From IMG/VR virus record IMGVR_UViG_3300021197_000450, positions 1 through 54,097 of that record: a stretch of 54,097 nucleotides of DNA; one strand, written 5' to 3'. The notes under the pieces are model-generated. The model did no database searches. It was given only the letters and a program-made list of their open reading frames with translations, and had not been told where the DNA came from. Positions 1 through 8,698 of the stretch are shown piece by piece. Origin of the DNA: a virus (lineage: Duplodnaviria; Caudoviricetes). The translations under genes and the position numbers were made by a program. How positions within the stretch are numbered: the first letter of the stretch is position 1; each line of letters starts with the position of its first letter.

Positions 1-1415
1 TGTTGTAAAAGAGTATAGTTTTTCTTTTTGTCTACATGCATGTCATCAGCTATATCATATAATGTAGTATGCTTGCCGTTCTCCGATTTTCTTAATCCTC
101 TACCAATACTTTGTAAGACCTTTACTTGCGACTTTGATGGCGAAGCAAAGATAATATTATGTAGATTTTTAATGTTAACACCTGTTGAAAAAGTGCCTAG
201 AGAGGCAACGATAATAGCATTCTTCTCTTTTTCAACGATCTTTCTAATCTCTTCTCTGGCTTCACCATCAACTTCACCAGAGACGTAAAATACTTTTCTA
301 TTCTCATCTACTTTATTTTTGATCAAATCAAAAAGTATTTTACCATGCTTATCAACATACTGAAATAGTACTAGAGTGTTACCGTCCTGCTGCACTGCCA
401 AGTTTTTAATTAGACGATTGCGTTTAACATTGCCTACAATATAGTCCATTTCATAGTGGTAATCTTTACTATTTATAATGTCCTTACACACCTCTCTTGG
501 ATATCGCAGTCTCAGTATGTTAATTTTTAGCTCTGCAAGTGTGTCTTGATCCATAAGATTTCGAGTAGTAGTTACTTTATACACTCTACCAAATAGTCCT
601 TCTAGCACAAGCTTGTGACACTGTGTGCCGTCTAACGTACCTGTAGTGCCTATTCTATACTCCGCTTCTCTTGATTTATTCATCAATCCTGTAAGAGATT
701 TTGCTTTGAATGTGTGTACTTCATCGCCAAAGATGCAGCCAAATTGTTCAAACCATGTGCCAGGAAGTTTATAGATTGATTGCCATGTTGAAATGAATAC
801 TCTCTGTGAAATATTATTTTTAGGCATACCAGAATAGATTCTGTGACAAACTTCTGATGCTTCTAGTCCATACTGCTCAAAGTCAGAGAACATCTGTTGC
901 ACAAGACCAGTTGTTGGCACGACAATCAGAATTCTATTATCATAATGCTCAAGATACCACATCATCAAAATATAGATAATTAGAGACTTGCCAGAACCTG
1001 TAGGAGAAAGTAGAATAGCTCTCTTGCTGTGTAGTGCTTGAATTACAGCATCAAATTGATACCGTCTAACTTCAAACGGTAGTCTTAGCTTACCAATAAA
1101 CTCATAGACTTCTTTAGGGTTCACATCTTCTGCTTGTCCTGGATTTCCATAAACATCATCTGTGTCAATGTCTAGCTTGTAGTTTCTAGGCCCAACAAAA
1201 TCTTGTAAGTATTCCCATAGACCAACAGGTAGTTCGTTGTTACGAACATTAAACAGACGTGTTTTACCATCCCACTTACCACTCTTATAAGCAGGCATGT
1301 ATTTGTAGCCAGGAGTTTCGAATGAAAAATAATCATTCAACTCACTGGCTACATGAGGTTCACATTGAAGTTGTAGTGCAGAATAGTTTTTTTGCTTAAC
1401 TACTAAGTCTGGCAT
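1..1415 (-). CDS. uvsW: UvsW DNA helicase (3' end runs off the window)
   Basis: Missing from the ORF track because there is no stop in the window. Translated by hand from the ATG at 1415: MPDLVVKQKNYSALQ...PGYKYMPAYKSGKWDGKTRLF..., Walker A SPTGSGKS, DEVH box, GTTGT motif. Follows uvsY as in T4-like phages. Confidence 0.93.
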   Translation of the reverse strand, partial: MPDLVVKQKNYSALQLQCEPHVASELNDYFSFETPGYKYMPAYKSGKWDGKTRLFNVRNNELPVGLWEYLQDFVGPRNYKLDIDTDDVYGNPGQAEDVNPKEVYEFIGKLRLPFEVRRYQFDAVIQALHSKRAILLSPTGSGKSLIIYILMMWYLEHYDNRILIVVPTTGLVQQMFSDFEQYGLEASEVCHRIYSGMPKNNISQRVFISTWQSIYKLPGTWFEQFGCIFGDEVHTFKAKSLTGLMNKSREAEYRIGTTGTLDGTQCHKLVLEGLFGRVYKVTTTRNLMDQDTLAELKINILRLRYPREVCKDIINSKDYHYEMDYIVGNVKRNRLIKNLAVQQDGNTLVLFQYVDKHGKILFDLIKNKVDENRKVFYVSGEVDGEAREEIRKIVEKEKNAIIVASLGTFSTGVNIKNLHNIIFASPSKSQVKVLQSIGRGLRKSENGKHTTLYDIADDMHVDKKKNYTLLQ

Positions 1416-1801
1416 TATGCAGTCTTAGAGGGCATTTGAAACAATGCATTGATATGTCTCTTATCAATTTTATTACGAGCAAAGACTGTCCAACAGATAA
1501 TATTATCATCTGGATAATGTTCTTCAATAAAATCTCTAAAGCTAGTGCCTGTAGTATATACATCATCTACAATAAGAACAGGATCATCAGAATTACCTGT
1601 AGCAGATTCATTGAGGATATCACCAAGACGTTTACCGCCTCGAGGAATACCAACTGCTTTACGAAAAGGTCTTTTTTCATGCTCTAAAATCATTTTTGCA
1701 AGACAGCGCCAGTCACTCACATATAGAGCGTCCATCTCAATCTTCCATCCTAATTTTAGACCAGCATGAGAAGTAAACTCCTCATCAACAAACATAGCCA
1801 T
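1415..1801 (-). CDS. Type I phosphoribosyltransferase (orotate PRTase-like)
   Basis: PRPP-binding motif VLIVDDVYTTGTS, plus FTSHAG and GIPRGG. The likely start MAMFVDEEF (ATG 1801) lies right after the uvsY stop. Its stop overlaps the uvsW start (TAATG). Confidence 0.8.
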   Translation of the reverse strand: MAMFVDEEFTSHAGLKLGWKIEMDALYVSDWRCLAKMILEHEKRPFRKAVGIPRGGKRLGDILNESATGNSDDPVLIVDDVYTTGTSFRDFIEEHYPDDNIICWTVFARNKIDKRHINALFQMPSKTA

Positions 1802-1802
1802 A

Positions 1803-2258
1803 TTAGCCTCCGGCTTCAAAACGTCTCCAATCAATCATATTCTTAATTGTAGAATGACGCCATTTTAAGTTATTAATAATTTCATCTAATGTATCTAGCA
1901 CAGTCTTAAAATACTGAATTCGTTCTTCAGACTTCTGAATATCTGTGTCTGCATCATAATAATAATTCATCTCACCTTTTAGGACTTTTATCCCTTTGAA
2001 AGGATCAAACTCCCAACCTTTTTCTTTGATATCTTGCTCAGTCATTTTGCCGTTGTAATAAAGCCACTTTGCTTTCAGAAGAATTTTTTGTTCATTCTCT
2101 GTTGCTACAAGTTTAACTTTTGTGAGTGATCGTAGTTCAAGATATTTGGCATGGAGAGAGGGCGTCTGTCTAGATGCTTCATCTAAATTAAATTCGCTAA
2201 TCTCACAGTCGTCTTGCCACATCTTTAGAATGCTATTCAAATCAAGTTTCATTATCAT
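1803..2258 (-). CDS. uvsY: UvsY recombination mediator
   Basis: WQDDCEI...LDEAS...PSLHAKYL...KWLYYNGK...IKNMIDWRRF pattern; position between gp3 and uvsW. Confidence 0.88.
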   Translation of the reverse strand: MIMKLDLNSILKMWQDDCEISEFNLDEASRQTPSLHAKYLELRSLTKVKLVATENEQKILLKAKWLYYNGKMTEQDIKEKGWEFDPFKGIKVLKGEMNYYYDADTDIQKSEERIQYFKTVLDTLDEIINNLKWRHSTIKNMIDWRRFEAGG

Positions 2259-2294
2259 ATCCTTGCAGGGTTATACTGCATTTATTATAGCATA

Positions 2295-2807
2295 TTAGCC
2301 TTTAAATTCAAAGCCTGTAAATGCAAAGCTAACATTAAAAGTCAAGTATTCAACACTAGATGCAATAGAAGTAAGTTCTAGTCCACTCAGAGAAGTTGGT
2401 GTACAGCCCTTATAGAGTACTCTCTTTGTCTGATTACTATGACTAGTTAAAATAGAAACAGAAATGTCTGCTTGACTAGGCGGTCTTGAAGCACTTCTAC
2501 TCGATCTTGGGCCTTCATTAACATGTTCTTCATTGACTAATCTCTCAAGCCATGCATAGATTTCTGTATATGACTTGATATCTTCATCAAGAATAAAAGA
2601 GATAGAAAGCTCAGAATATGAAATCGTATCACCAGGTAATGCTATGTTATCAATTCCTTTAAATGGCATAGCTGGCGCACCAAGATTTGTGTCTGGGTGA
2701 TTGACTGATTGTGCAAAGAATTCCAAGTTAGGATAATTCTCTCTGTCAATAACGACTTTAAATCCAGTTGGCTGTAGGTAGTTCTGATTTTTTGTCAGTG
2801 TAGCCAT
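2295..2807 (-). CDS. gp3: Tail completion / tube terminator gp3-like
   Basis: NYLQPTGFK...FFAQSVNHP...PGDTISYSEL...FILDED...F..C.PTSLSG; directly downstream of gp23 as in marine T4-like phages. Confidence 0.82.
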   Translation of the reverse strand: MATLTKNQNYLQPTGFKVVIDRENYPNLEFFAQSVNHPDTNLGAPAMPFKGIDNIALPGDTISYSELSISFILDEDIKSYTEIYAWLERLVNEEHVNEGPRSSRSASRPPSQADISVSILTSHSNQTKRVLYKGCTPTSLSGLELTSIASSVEYLTFNVSFAFTGFEFKG

Positions 2808-2818
2808 TTATTTACTCC

Positions 2819-2850
2819 AAAAAGAAAGGGTAGACCTTTCGATCTACCCT
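2819..2850 (-). terminator. Rho-independent terminator after gp23
   Basis: Minus strand AGGGTAGATC-GAAA-GGTCTACCCT followed by TTCTTTTT. Confidence 0.85.
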
Positions 2851-2852
2851 AG

Positions 2853-2860
2853 TATTTATA
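2853..2860 (-). promoter_or_regulatory. T4-type late promoter TATAAATA (for gp3)
   Basis: Exact consensus in the gp23-gp3 intergenic gap. Confidence 0.75.
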
Positions 2861-2887
2861 CTACAATTATTATTGTTTTAATTAGAC

Positions 2888-4225
2888 TTAGCTAAGGATG
2901 TTAGCAACTCTAAAGATTCTGTAGTATTGGTTAGTCTTAACAGCAGCCAGACCGTTAGAAGGTGTGGAACCAACGAATGGGTTGGAAGCCATGCCGTAAC
3001 GTGTCTTAAAGCCGATCTTTGGCTGGAAGTCATTCTCGCCAACCGCACGAACCATGGTAAGTGGCACGTATGGACAGTAGAATACACCAGCGTCGTATGC
3101 GTTAGAACCTTTGTAACCAACAGTAGCATAGTCTGTAGTTGCATATGGATCAATGTATACTTTCATCTTGCCGTTCAGAACACCAGCAAACGTGTTGCCT
3201 GTGTCGTCTACCTGCAAGTTTGCAGAGATAGCAGGAGAGTAGTCAAGCATACCAGCAGCAGCAAGAGCAGATGCTACATCAGACGAACAGATGAGGAAGT
3301 TACCACGACCACGGCGAGTCTCTTTAGCAATCGTGTTAGCATCTTTCTCAATCTGGAAGATCAAGCCTTTGAACTTCTCTACAGACCAGCGACCATCAGC
3401 ATCAGTGTTCAGGTCAAAGTCAGCAGAAGGAGAACCAGCAGCGGTAAGAGCGCCACCAGACTTAGCTTGGGAGTTAATGGTACGAATAACTTCACGGTTA
3501 ATTTCTGCCAGAATTTCAGCGGACAGAATGTTAGCCAGCTCAGTTTCAGCGTCGAGACCATGAATAGCTTTCAGGTCTTGAGCCAGTTCCATTGTGTACT
3601 CAGCTTTGAGCGCACGAGTCGTAGCAGTTACTGTCTGCTTCTCAATCGTGAAACCCATCTCAGAGATTGCATTAGTAGAAGCGTCGCCAAGTGCTTCACC
3701 AACTGCGGCAGTCATACCACCTTTAGCAAGAGCAGTTACACGGGCGTCATCAGCAGAAGAGTCAGAGTCAAAGTTAGCTGCATCAAGACCAGCAGGACCA
3801 GCATTTTGGCTACCAGAGTCGCCAGAGAAGCCAGTAAGTGCTTCATCCTTCAGAGCTTCATCGCCAGAAGTAGCACCGCCACGAGTAGTCTTGTACTTAG
3901 ACTTCATCGCAAAGATGAGGCCAGTAGGACCAGTCATTGGCTGTACACCACATACATCGTAAGCCATCAGGTTAGGCATGGAACGACGAACAAGCGAAAT
4001 CAGTACAGGGTTAAATTGAGCAGCGTCACCAGTAACAGTACCAGCCTCGTTAATTGCGCCAAAGGAAGCTTGATTTGCTTCTTCACGCATAGCTACTTCT
4101 TGGTTTTCAAGAATTGCCGCAGTTACTTGCTTGCGGTAATGATCGGAAATAGGACCAGCGGTTTCTTCGTTAAGAACTGGTGCCCACTTATTTACGAGTC
4201 TATCGTAAGAGAGAGGAGCTTGCAT
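2888..4225 (-). CDS. gp23: Major capsid protein gp23
   Basis: LVRRSMPNLMAYDVCGVQPMTGPTGLIFAM, RALKAEYTMELAQDLKAIHGLDAETELANILS, FQPKIGFKTRYG. Confidence 0.98.
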   Translation of the reverse strand: MQAPLSYDRLVNKWAPVLNEETAGPISDHYRKQVTAAILENQEVAMREEANQASFGAINEAGTVTGDAAQFNPVLISLVRRSMPNLMAYDVCGVQPMTGPTGLIFAMKSKYKTTRGGATSGDEALKDEALTGFSGDSGSQNAGPAGLDAANFDSDSSADDARVTALAKGGMTAAVGEALGDASTNAISEMGFTIEKQTVTATTRALKAEYTMELAQDLKAIHGLDAETELANILSAEILAEINREVIRTINSQAKSGGALTAAGSPSADFDLNTDADGRWSVEKFKGLIFQIEKDANTIAKETRRGRGNFLICSSDVASALAAAGMLDYSPAISANLQVDDTGNTFAGVLNGKMKVYIDPYATTDYATVGYKGSNAYDAGVFYCPYVPLTMVRAVGENDFQPKIGFKTRYGMASNPFVGSTPSNGLAAVKTNQYYRIFRVANILS

Positions 4226-4248
4226 TTTTTTAATACACCTTTATTTTA

Positions 4249-5355
4249 TTATTGTGGTTTGTGAGATTGCTTAAGTGCAGTAACATAAGCAGCCATTGCG
4301 CCAGAGATTTCCTGCTCTTCAGCAGACTCATCAACTTGCTCTACAGCTACAGTTACTTTCTTTTTGGTGAAGTAAGATTCTTTGATGGTAGCTACTTTCG
4401 AAGCGAAAGTTTCAGCATCTTCAAAATCAATATCTTCGGCTAGGGTTTTCAACTTCTCTACCTGTGTCTCAGCAAGATCACGGGAATGCTCACGAATGAT
4501 TGCATCACGCTTGAGTTCTTCCAGTTCACCAGACATATGGATAGAGGATTCTGTGGTTTCGTTGAGTTTTTCTTCAAGTTCACGAACTTGCTCAGAAAGA
4601 TCATCAACCAAGTCAACTTTAGATTCTGGAACATCAACATAAGCTTCGGTGAAGAGACTCTTAAGACCCTTCATGAAGTCTTCAGCAATCTCAGCACGGA
4701 GACCGTTCTCGATTGCCAACTTGTTTTCTTCCATGAATTTTTCGACAACATAGTTGAGGTAACCATCAATCTGCTCGACCATTTCCTCACGGGTGGTCTT
4801 CAGTTCTTCGTCAAATTCTTCTTGAAGTTCAGATTCAATTCTTGACACTTCTTCAGAAACCTTAGACTTTACAGCAGCTTCCATAATCACAGCAGCTTTG
4901 TCTTTGAATGTTTCAGAAAGAGTTGCTTCAGAATCTGCTAATGCATTCATGTCAGCAGTAACATCAATAGTCACAGCTTCTGCTTTTTCATGAATAGCAG
5001 GTGTAGCATCTTCTACATCTACAGCGTCAAAATCAGTATCTTCCATCATTTTACCGTAAGCTGCCATGAGGTCTTGCTTCTTCATAGCATTCATCTTACC
5101 GTACATTGCATTGATCATACCAGCTTTAGTTTTTGGCATTGGATCACCAGCAGTAGCAGCACCGCCTGGAACTTTAGCTTTAGATGGTGCAGATGCCTTA
5201 ATTTTGGCAGCGTCATCATCAGCAGCTTTTGCGCCATCGACCGCAGCGTCTGCGTTTGCTTCAGACACTTCTTCTGTCTCAGATACCTCGGAAGTTTCTT
5301 CCTCAATAACCTCTTCAACAGATTCAATGTCGTCTACCATTTCCTGTTCGGACAT
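4249..5355 (-). CDS. gp22: Prohead core scaffold protein gp22
   Basis: Acidic coiled-coil protein with YLNYVVEKFMEENKLAIENGLRAEIAEDF; lies between gp21 and gp23. Confidence 0.92.
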   Translation of the reverse strand: MSEQEMVDDIESVEEVIEEETSEVSETEEVSEANADAAVDGAKAADDDAAKIKASAPSKAKVPGGAATAGDPMPKTKAGMINAMYGKMNAMKKQDLMAAYGKMMEDTDFDAVDVEDATPAIHEKAEAVTIDVTADMNALADSEATLSETFKDKAAVIMEAAVKSKVSEEVSRIESELQEEFDEELKTTREEMVEQIDGYLNYVVEKFMEENKLAIENGLRAEIAEDFMKGLKSLFTEAYVDVPESKVDLVDDLSEQVRELEEKLNETTESSIHMSGELEELKRDAIIREHSRDLAETQVEKLKTLAEDIDFEDAETFASKVATIKESYFTKKKVTVAVEQVDESAEEQEISGAMAAYVTALKQSHKPQ

Positions 5356-5367
5356 GTTTATCTCCTA

Positions 5368-6018
5368 TTAAAGATTAATTTTAGAGAGGAAATTTTTAAA
5401 CTCCCGAATCTCAACCGCAGAGCGATCAGACTTAGAAGCATTATTAATTTCAGTCTCAATTCTTTCAAGTTCTTGGGCTTCTAAAACACCGTTATTCCAA
5501 ATCCACTCTACACCTTCCATAATCCCATTAACGAAAGCTGATGGTGCAGATGGGTCTTGTACGATGTCCACAGTATTGAGAATAAAGTCTTTACCGACCA
5601 TATTCACTCCACCTTTTTGCTCAAGAGTTCCCATACCACGAGTTGAAACACCTAGCTTAACTCCACCATCTAAGAGACCTTTAACAATCTGTCCATTAGG
5701 TGTGTCAAGAATAAGTGCCTTTCCCATCACATCATTACCGTTCCAATTAAGTTCGGTGATGCGGTGAGATACTTTATCTAAGTTAATGATAGGGCCTGCT
5801 GGGTGATTCAATTCACCTACCGCACGTTGGGTTTGCACCTGCTCCTTGTCATACTTAGAAACTGCTTGCTCCAAGATTGCTCTTGGATAAATTCTACCAT
5901 TTCGGTTCTTTTGTTCAGCTTGGGCAAAGATACCTTCAATTACATAGTTCTTACCGCCGCCTTCTTTAGCTTCGATAATATACTCAACATTTTCTACATG
6001 CTCTGTAATCAGTTTCAT
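5368..6018 (-). CDS. gp21: Prohead protease gp21
   Basis: IEGIFAQAEQKNRNGRIYP, GELNHP, GVSTRGMG, DIVQDPSAP. Confidence 0.96.
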   Translation of the reverse strand: MKLITEHVENVEYIIEAKEGGGKNYVIEGIFAQAEQKNRNGRIYPRAILEQAVSKYDKEQVQTQRAVGELNHPAGPIINLDKVSHRITELNWNGNDVMGKALILDTPNGQIVKGLLDGGVKLGVSTRGMGTLEQKGGVNMVGKDFILNTVDIVQDPSAPSAFVNGIMEGVEWIWNNGVLEAQELERIETEINNASKSDRSAVEIREFKNFLSKINL

Positions 6019-6293
6019 TTAAAAATTCCACCTTGTCCAGTTCTTTTGCCGCCTAACTTAGAAGAGCTTGCTCCACCGAGTCCGCCCTTACTCATCATTT
6101 GACCAAAATTTCGGGCAGACTTCATAGCCTCCCGTTGATTGTCTTCAGTATCAACAGTCTGATTATCATACATGATATGGAAAGTATCACCTTTCTTTGT
6201 AATCATGACTTCACCACCCTTAGTATCTAAGACCTTAACAATCTTATGGCCTTTAGGTGCAATGTTGAGACTAAATTCTTTAAACGTTTTCAT
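6015..6293 (-). CDS. Prohead core protein gp68-like
   Basis: Likely start MKTFKEF (ATG 6293); basic small protein in the gp68 slot between gp67 and gp21. Confidence 0.6.
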   Translation of the reverse strand: MKTFKEFSLNIAPKGHKIVKVLDTKGGEVMITKKGDTFHIMYDNQTVDTEDNQREAMKSARNFGQMMSKGGLGGASSSKLGGKRTGQGGIFK

Positions 6294-6483
6294 CTTCGAC
6301 TTCTGTTTCCGTTTCGATTGTAGGTTCTTCAACAGCATTATTAAAAATCTGTGAGGCTACAGTGGCCTTTTCACCTTCAATTCGATCAGATAATTTTGCA
6401 TTAACAAGTTCACTAAATTGTTTTTCAGCTTCAATAAAGTTTTTAGTAGCTACATTATTTAGAAAATCAGCGATTTCAGTCAT
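6280..6483 (-). CDS. Prohead core protein gp67-like
   Basis: Small acidic protein (67 aa) right after the portal and a late promoter. Confidence 0.65.
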   Translation of the reverse strand: MTEIADFLNNVATKNFIEAEKQFSELVNAKLSDRIEGEKATVASQIFNNAVEEPTIETETEVEDENV

Positions 6484-6513
6484 TTACTTACCTCAATTGA
6501 AATTATGTAATAA

Positions 6514-6521
6514 TATTTATA
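6514..6521 (-). promoter_or_regulatory. Late promoter TATAAATA (gp67-gp23 operon)
   Basis: Exact consensus, intergenic. Confidence 0.8.
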
Positions 6522-6541
6522 ATAATTAAAAATTAAACGAT

Positions 6542-8086
6542 TTATTCTTCTTCTTCTTCTGGTTCTGCAATCTCACCAGATTTTTTCTCATCAGCAATAT
6601 CTTTGTCCATTTGCTTAATATCATCATCTGTTAACATAAGAACATTTTTCTGAACCCAAGACTTAGAGTAGAACATACCAACATATGACTCCATATTTTG
6701 AAGTGTGCCAATACGTTCTCTTAACATTTCGGTTTCTTTTAATTCTGCAAAATAGTTGTCTGTGATAAAGTCAATTAGAATACTTCTTTTCCAATTTTCC
6801 CAATCATCTTCTGTGATGATACCTTTCAACAGAAGCTGTTTCTTGAGAATGTTCATAAACAGTTCAGAGAATCTTTTGCGTAATCTAGAAATAAATTTAT
6901 GAAACTTAAATTCATCTCTTGTGATTTCAGATGATCTACCTAAGATGCCACCTTGTTCTTCTGGATTAATACGACCAATTGGAACATTAAGTGCTTTGAA
7001 TACTTTCTTTTGAAAATAAATAATATCATCAATCTCACCAAGATTTTGCCCACCTGGTAATGTCGAAATCTCTGTACCTCTACCGCCTTCACGTCTTGGA
7101 AGCCAGAAGTCTTCAAGCATAGACATATGCTTTTGATCGTTTTTCATCTCACCTGTGTTTGCATCATATACAAGCTTATTGCGATAGCGAGCCATAATGT
7201 CTTTAAGATATTGCTCGGCTTTACCTCTAGGTAAGTTACCTACATCAATATAGAAGATACGGCGTTCAGGCGCTCTTGCAAGACGGTAGATAACTAATGC
7301 ATCTTCCATCATGCGTAATTGATTGATAGGCTTAATTGCCTTATGTAGATAAGAGATTACTTTTTTACGCTGTGAGTCTAAAAGTCCACTTGTAACATAA
7401 CTAATAGAATCTGTAGAAATCTTAACAGCATTGTTTGAAATGCTATTTCCAGAAGACCGTGTTAAGTTACTGCCGGCAGCATCATCGCTGTAAATGTAAT
7501 ATTCATCTACTTTCTTAACAACGTTTGCGCCTGTTGCAGTGTCTCTTTCTTTTTTGACTTCTTTGACTTTACGAATTTTAGTAGAGTCTACAGGTCTAAT
7601 TTCTTGAATACCTTCTTGTGGTCTTTTTGGATCAACCACCAAGTGATGGTAAATTCTACCATCAACATAGTATCTACGGAAAATATCATGCCCGTAGTTC
7701 TGAAAATCTAACATATTTGAAATATTGTCAAATTCTTCTTTGATTTGTTTTTTGATAGAGTCTGATGTTTCCACATTGTCAAGACCAATCTGAATAATTT
7801 CATCTTCACCAGAAATTACTTCATTTACAATATCTTCAATTGCAGCGTCTACTTCTGGATGAGTTGCTAAGTCTCTATACTTTTTAATTAAGTCTTTGTC
7901 GTCTTTTGCTTTTTCGCCGCTAAGATCAACAAAGGAACCATAATAACTACCAGATGCAGTGACATATCCTGCGCCATCATCATCTAGTGGCGGCACAATA
8001 GAGGGCAATTGCTCTTTTTCTTTTTGTCTATTAGCTCTTTTGATTTCGAAGCCGAAAACTTTTAAGCTATTTGCATCTTCTGCCAA
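6542..8086 (-). CDS. gp20: Portal protein gp20
   Basis: YLHKAIKPINQLRMMEDALVIYRLARAPERRIFYIDVGNLP, EDFWLPRREGGRGTEI; TTG start. Confidence 0.98.
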   Translation of the reverse strand: MAEDANSLKVFGFEIKRANRQKEKEQLPSIVPPLDDDGAGYVTASGSYYGSFVDLSGEKAKDDKDLIKKYRDLATHPEVDAAIEDIVNEVISGEDEIIQIGLDNVETSDSIKKQIKEEFDNISNMLDFQNYGHDIFRRYYVDGRIYHHLVVDPKRPQEGIQEIRPVDSTKIRKVKEVKKERDTATGANVVKKVDEYYIYSDDAAGSNLTRSSGNSISNNAVKISTDSISYVTSGLLDSQRKKVISYLHKAIKPINQLRMMEDALVIYRLARAPERRIFYIDVGNLPRGKAEQYLKDIMARYRNKLVYDANTGEMKNDQKHMSMLEDFWLPRREGGRGTEISTLPGGQNLGEIDDIIYFQKKVFKALNVPIGRINPEEQGGILGRSSEITRDEFKFHKFISRLRKRFSELFMNILKKQLLLKGIITEDDWENWKRSILIDFITDNYFAELKETEMLRERIGTLQNMESYVGMFYSKSWVQKNVLMLTDDDIKQMDKDIADEKKSGEIAEPEEEEE

Positions 8087-8101
8087 AATTTATCTCCAAA
8101 T

Positions 8102-8140
8102 AAAAGTAATAGGGGAGAGATTGTCTCCCCCCTATTTATT
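8102..8140 (-). terminator. Terminator hairpin after gp19, overlapping an AATAAATA late-promoter variant
   Basis: Minus strand AATAAATAGGGGGGAGA-CAA-TCTCTCCCCTATTACTTTT. Confidence 0.7.
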
Positions 8141-8147
8141 CACTTCC

Positions 8148-8675
8148 TTAAGAAGTAGTACCAGATTCCCAGTACTGAACTTGGAACGTAACAGTAAATT
8201 CTTCGATTGTGTTAGTTGCATCGTAAGATACATCAATCGGAGAAACGTTTGTTGGGAACGTACCACGGAAGTTATATGTCTTAAGTGTGTCACCATTCTT
8301 ATCTAGCTGATCAATAATTAAGTCAGCTTGATAGTCTGTTGGATTAACAAGACCTTCGTTTGTAGTGTGACCATTGATACCATTCATCCAACGTTCCATA
8401 GCATTACGGACGTTAAAATCAGTATCGTTAATTACTGTGATATCCCATGTATCAAATGTTCTATCACCAGCAATCTTCAGTTCACGACCTCTGAACGGAA
8501 CAACAATCTCTGACATAATAGAGCCAGGAAGTTGTCCTGCTTTACACATGAATGATGTAAGTTCTACATCACCGCCTGCGTATCCTGGAAAGTTAACAGT
8601 AGCCTTGAATAAATTAGCTCTAGCACCGCCACCTTTCAGTTTTGCTTTGAAGTCATCGACTCCTAAAATAGCCAT
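8148..8675 (-). CDS. gp19: Tail tube protein gp19
   Basis: GGGARANLF, PFRGRELKIAGDRTFDTW, IEEFTVTFQVQYW. Confidence 0.96.
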   Translation of the reverse strand: MAILGVDDFKAKLKGGGARANLFKATVNFPGYAGGDVELTSFMCKAGQLPGSIMSEIVVPFRGRELKIAGDRTFDTWDITVINDTDFNVRNAMERWMNGINGHTTNEGLVNPTDYQADLIIDQLDKNGDTLKTYNFRGTFPTNVSPIDVSYDATNTIEEFTVTFQVQYWESGTTS

Positions 8676-8698
8676 CTTTTATCTCCTAGTTAAGCGGG

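Noticed and set aside
28-288. Plus-strand 86-aa ORF, and many similar short antisense ORFs across the window
   Set aside because: They lie opposite well-supported genes (here uvsW) and have no protein-like features.
470-477. TATAAATA on the minus strand inside uvsW
   Set aside because: Intragenic in an AT-rich genome with no nearby start visible; may be chance.
2927-4264. 445-aa antisense ORF mirroring gp23
   Set aside because: Expected shadow of strong codon bias in a highly expressed gene; no RBS, promoter or recognisable motifs.
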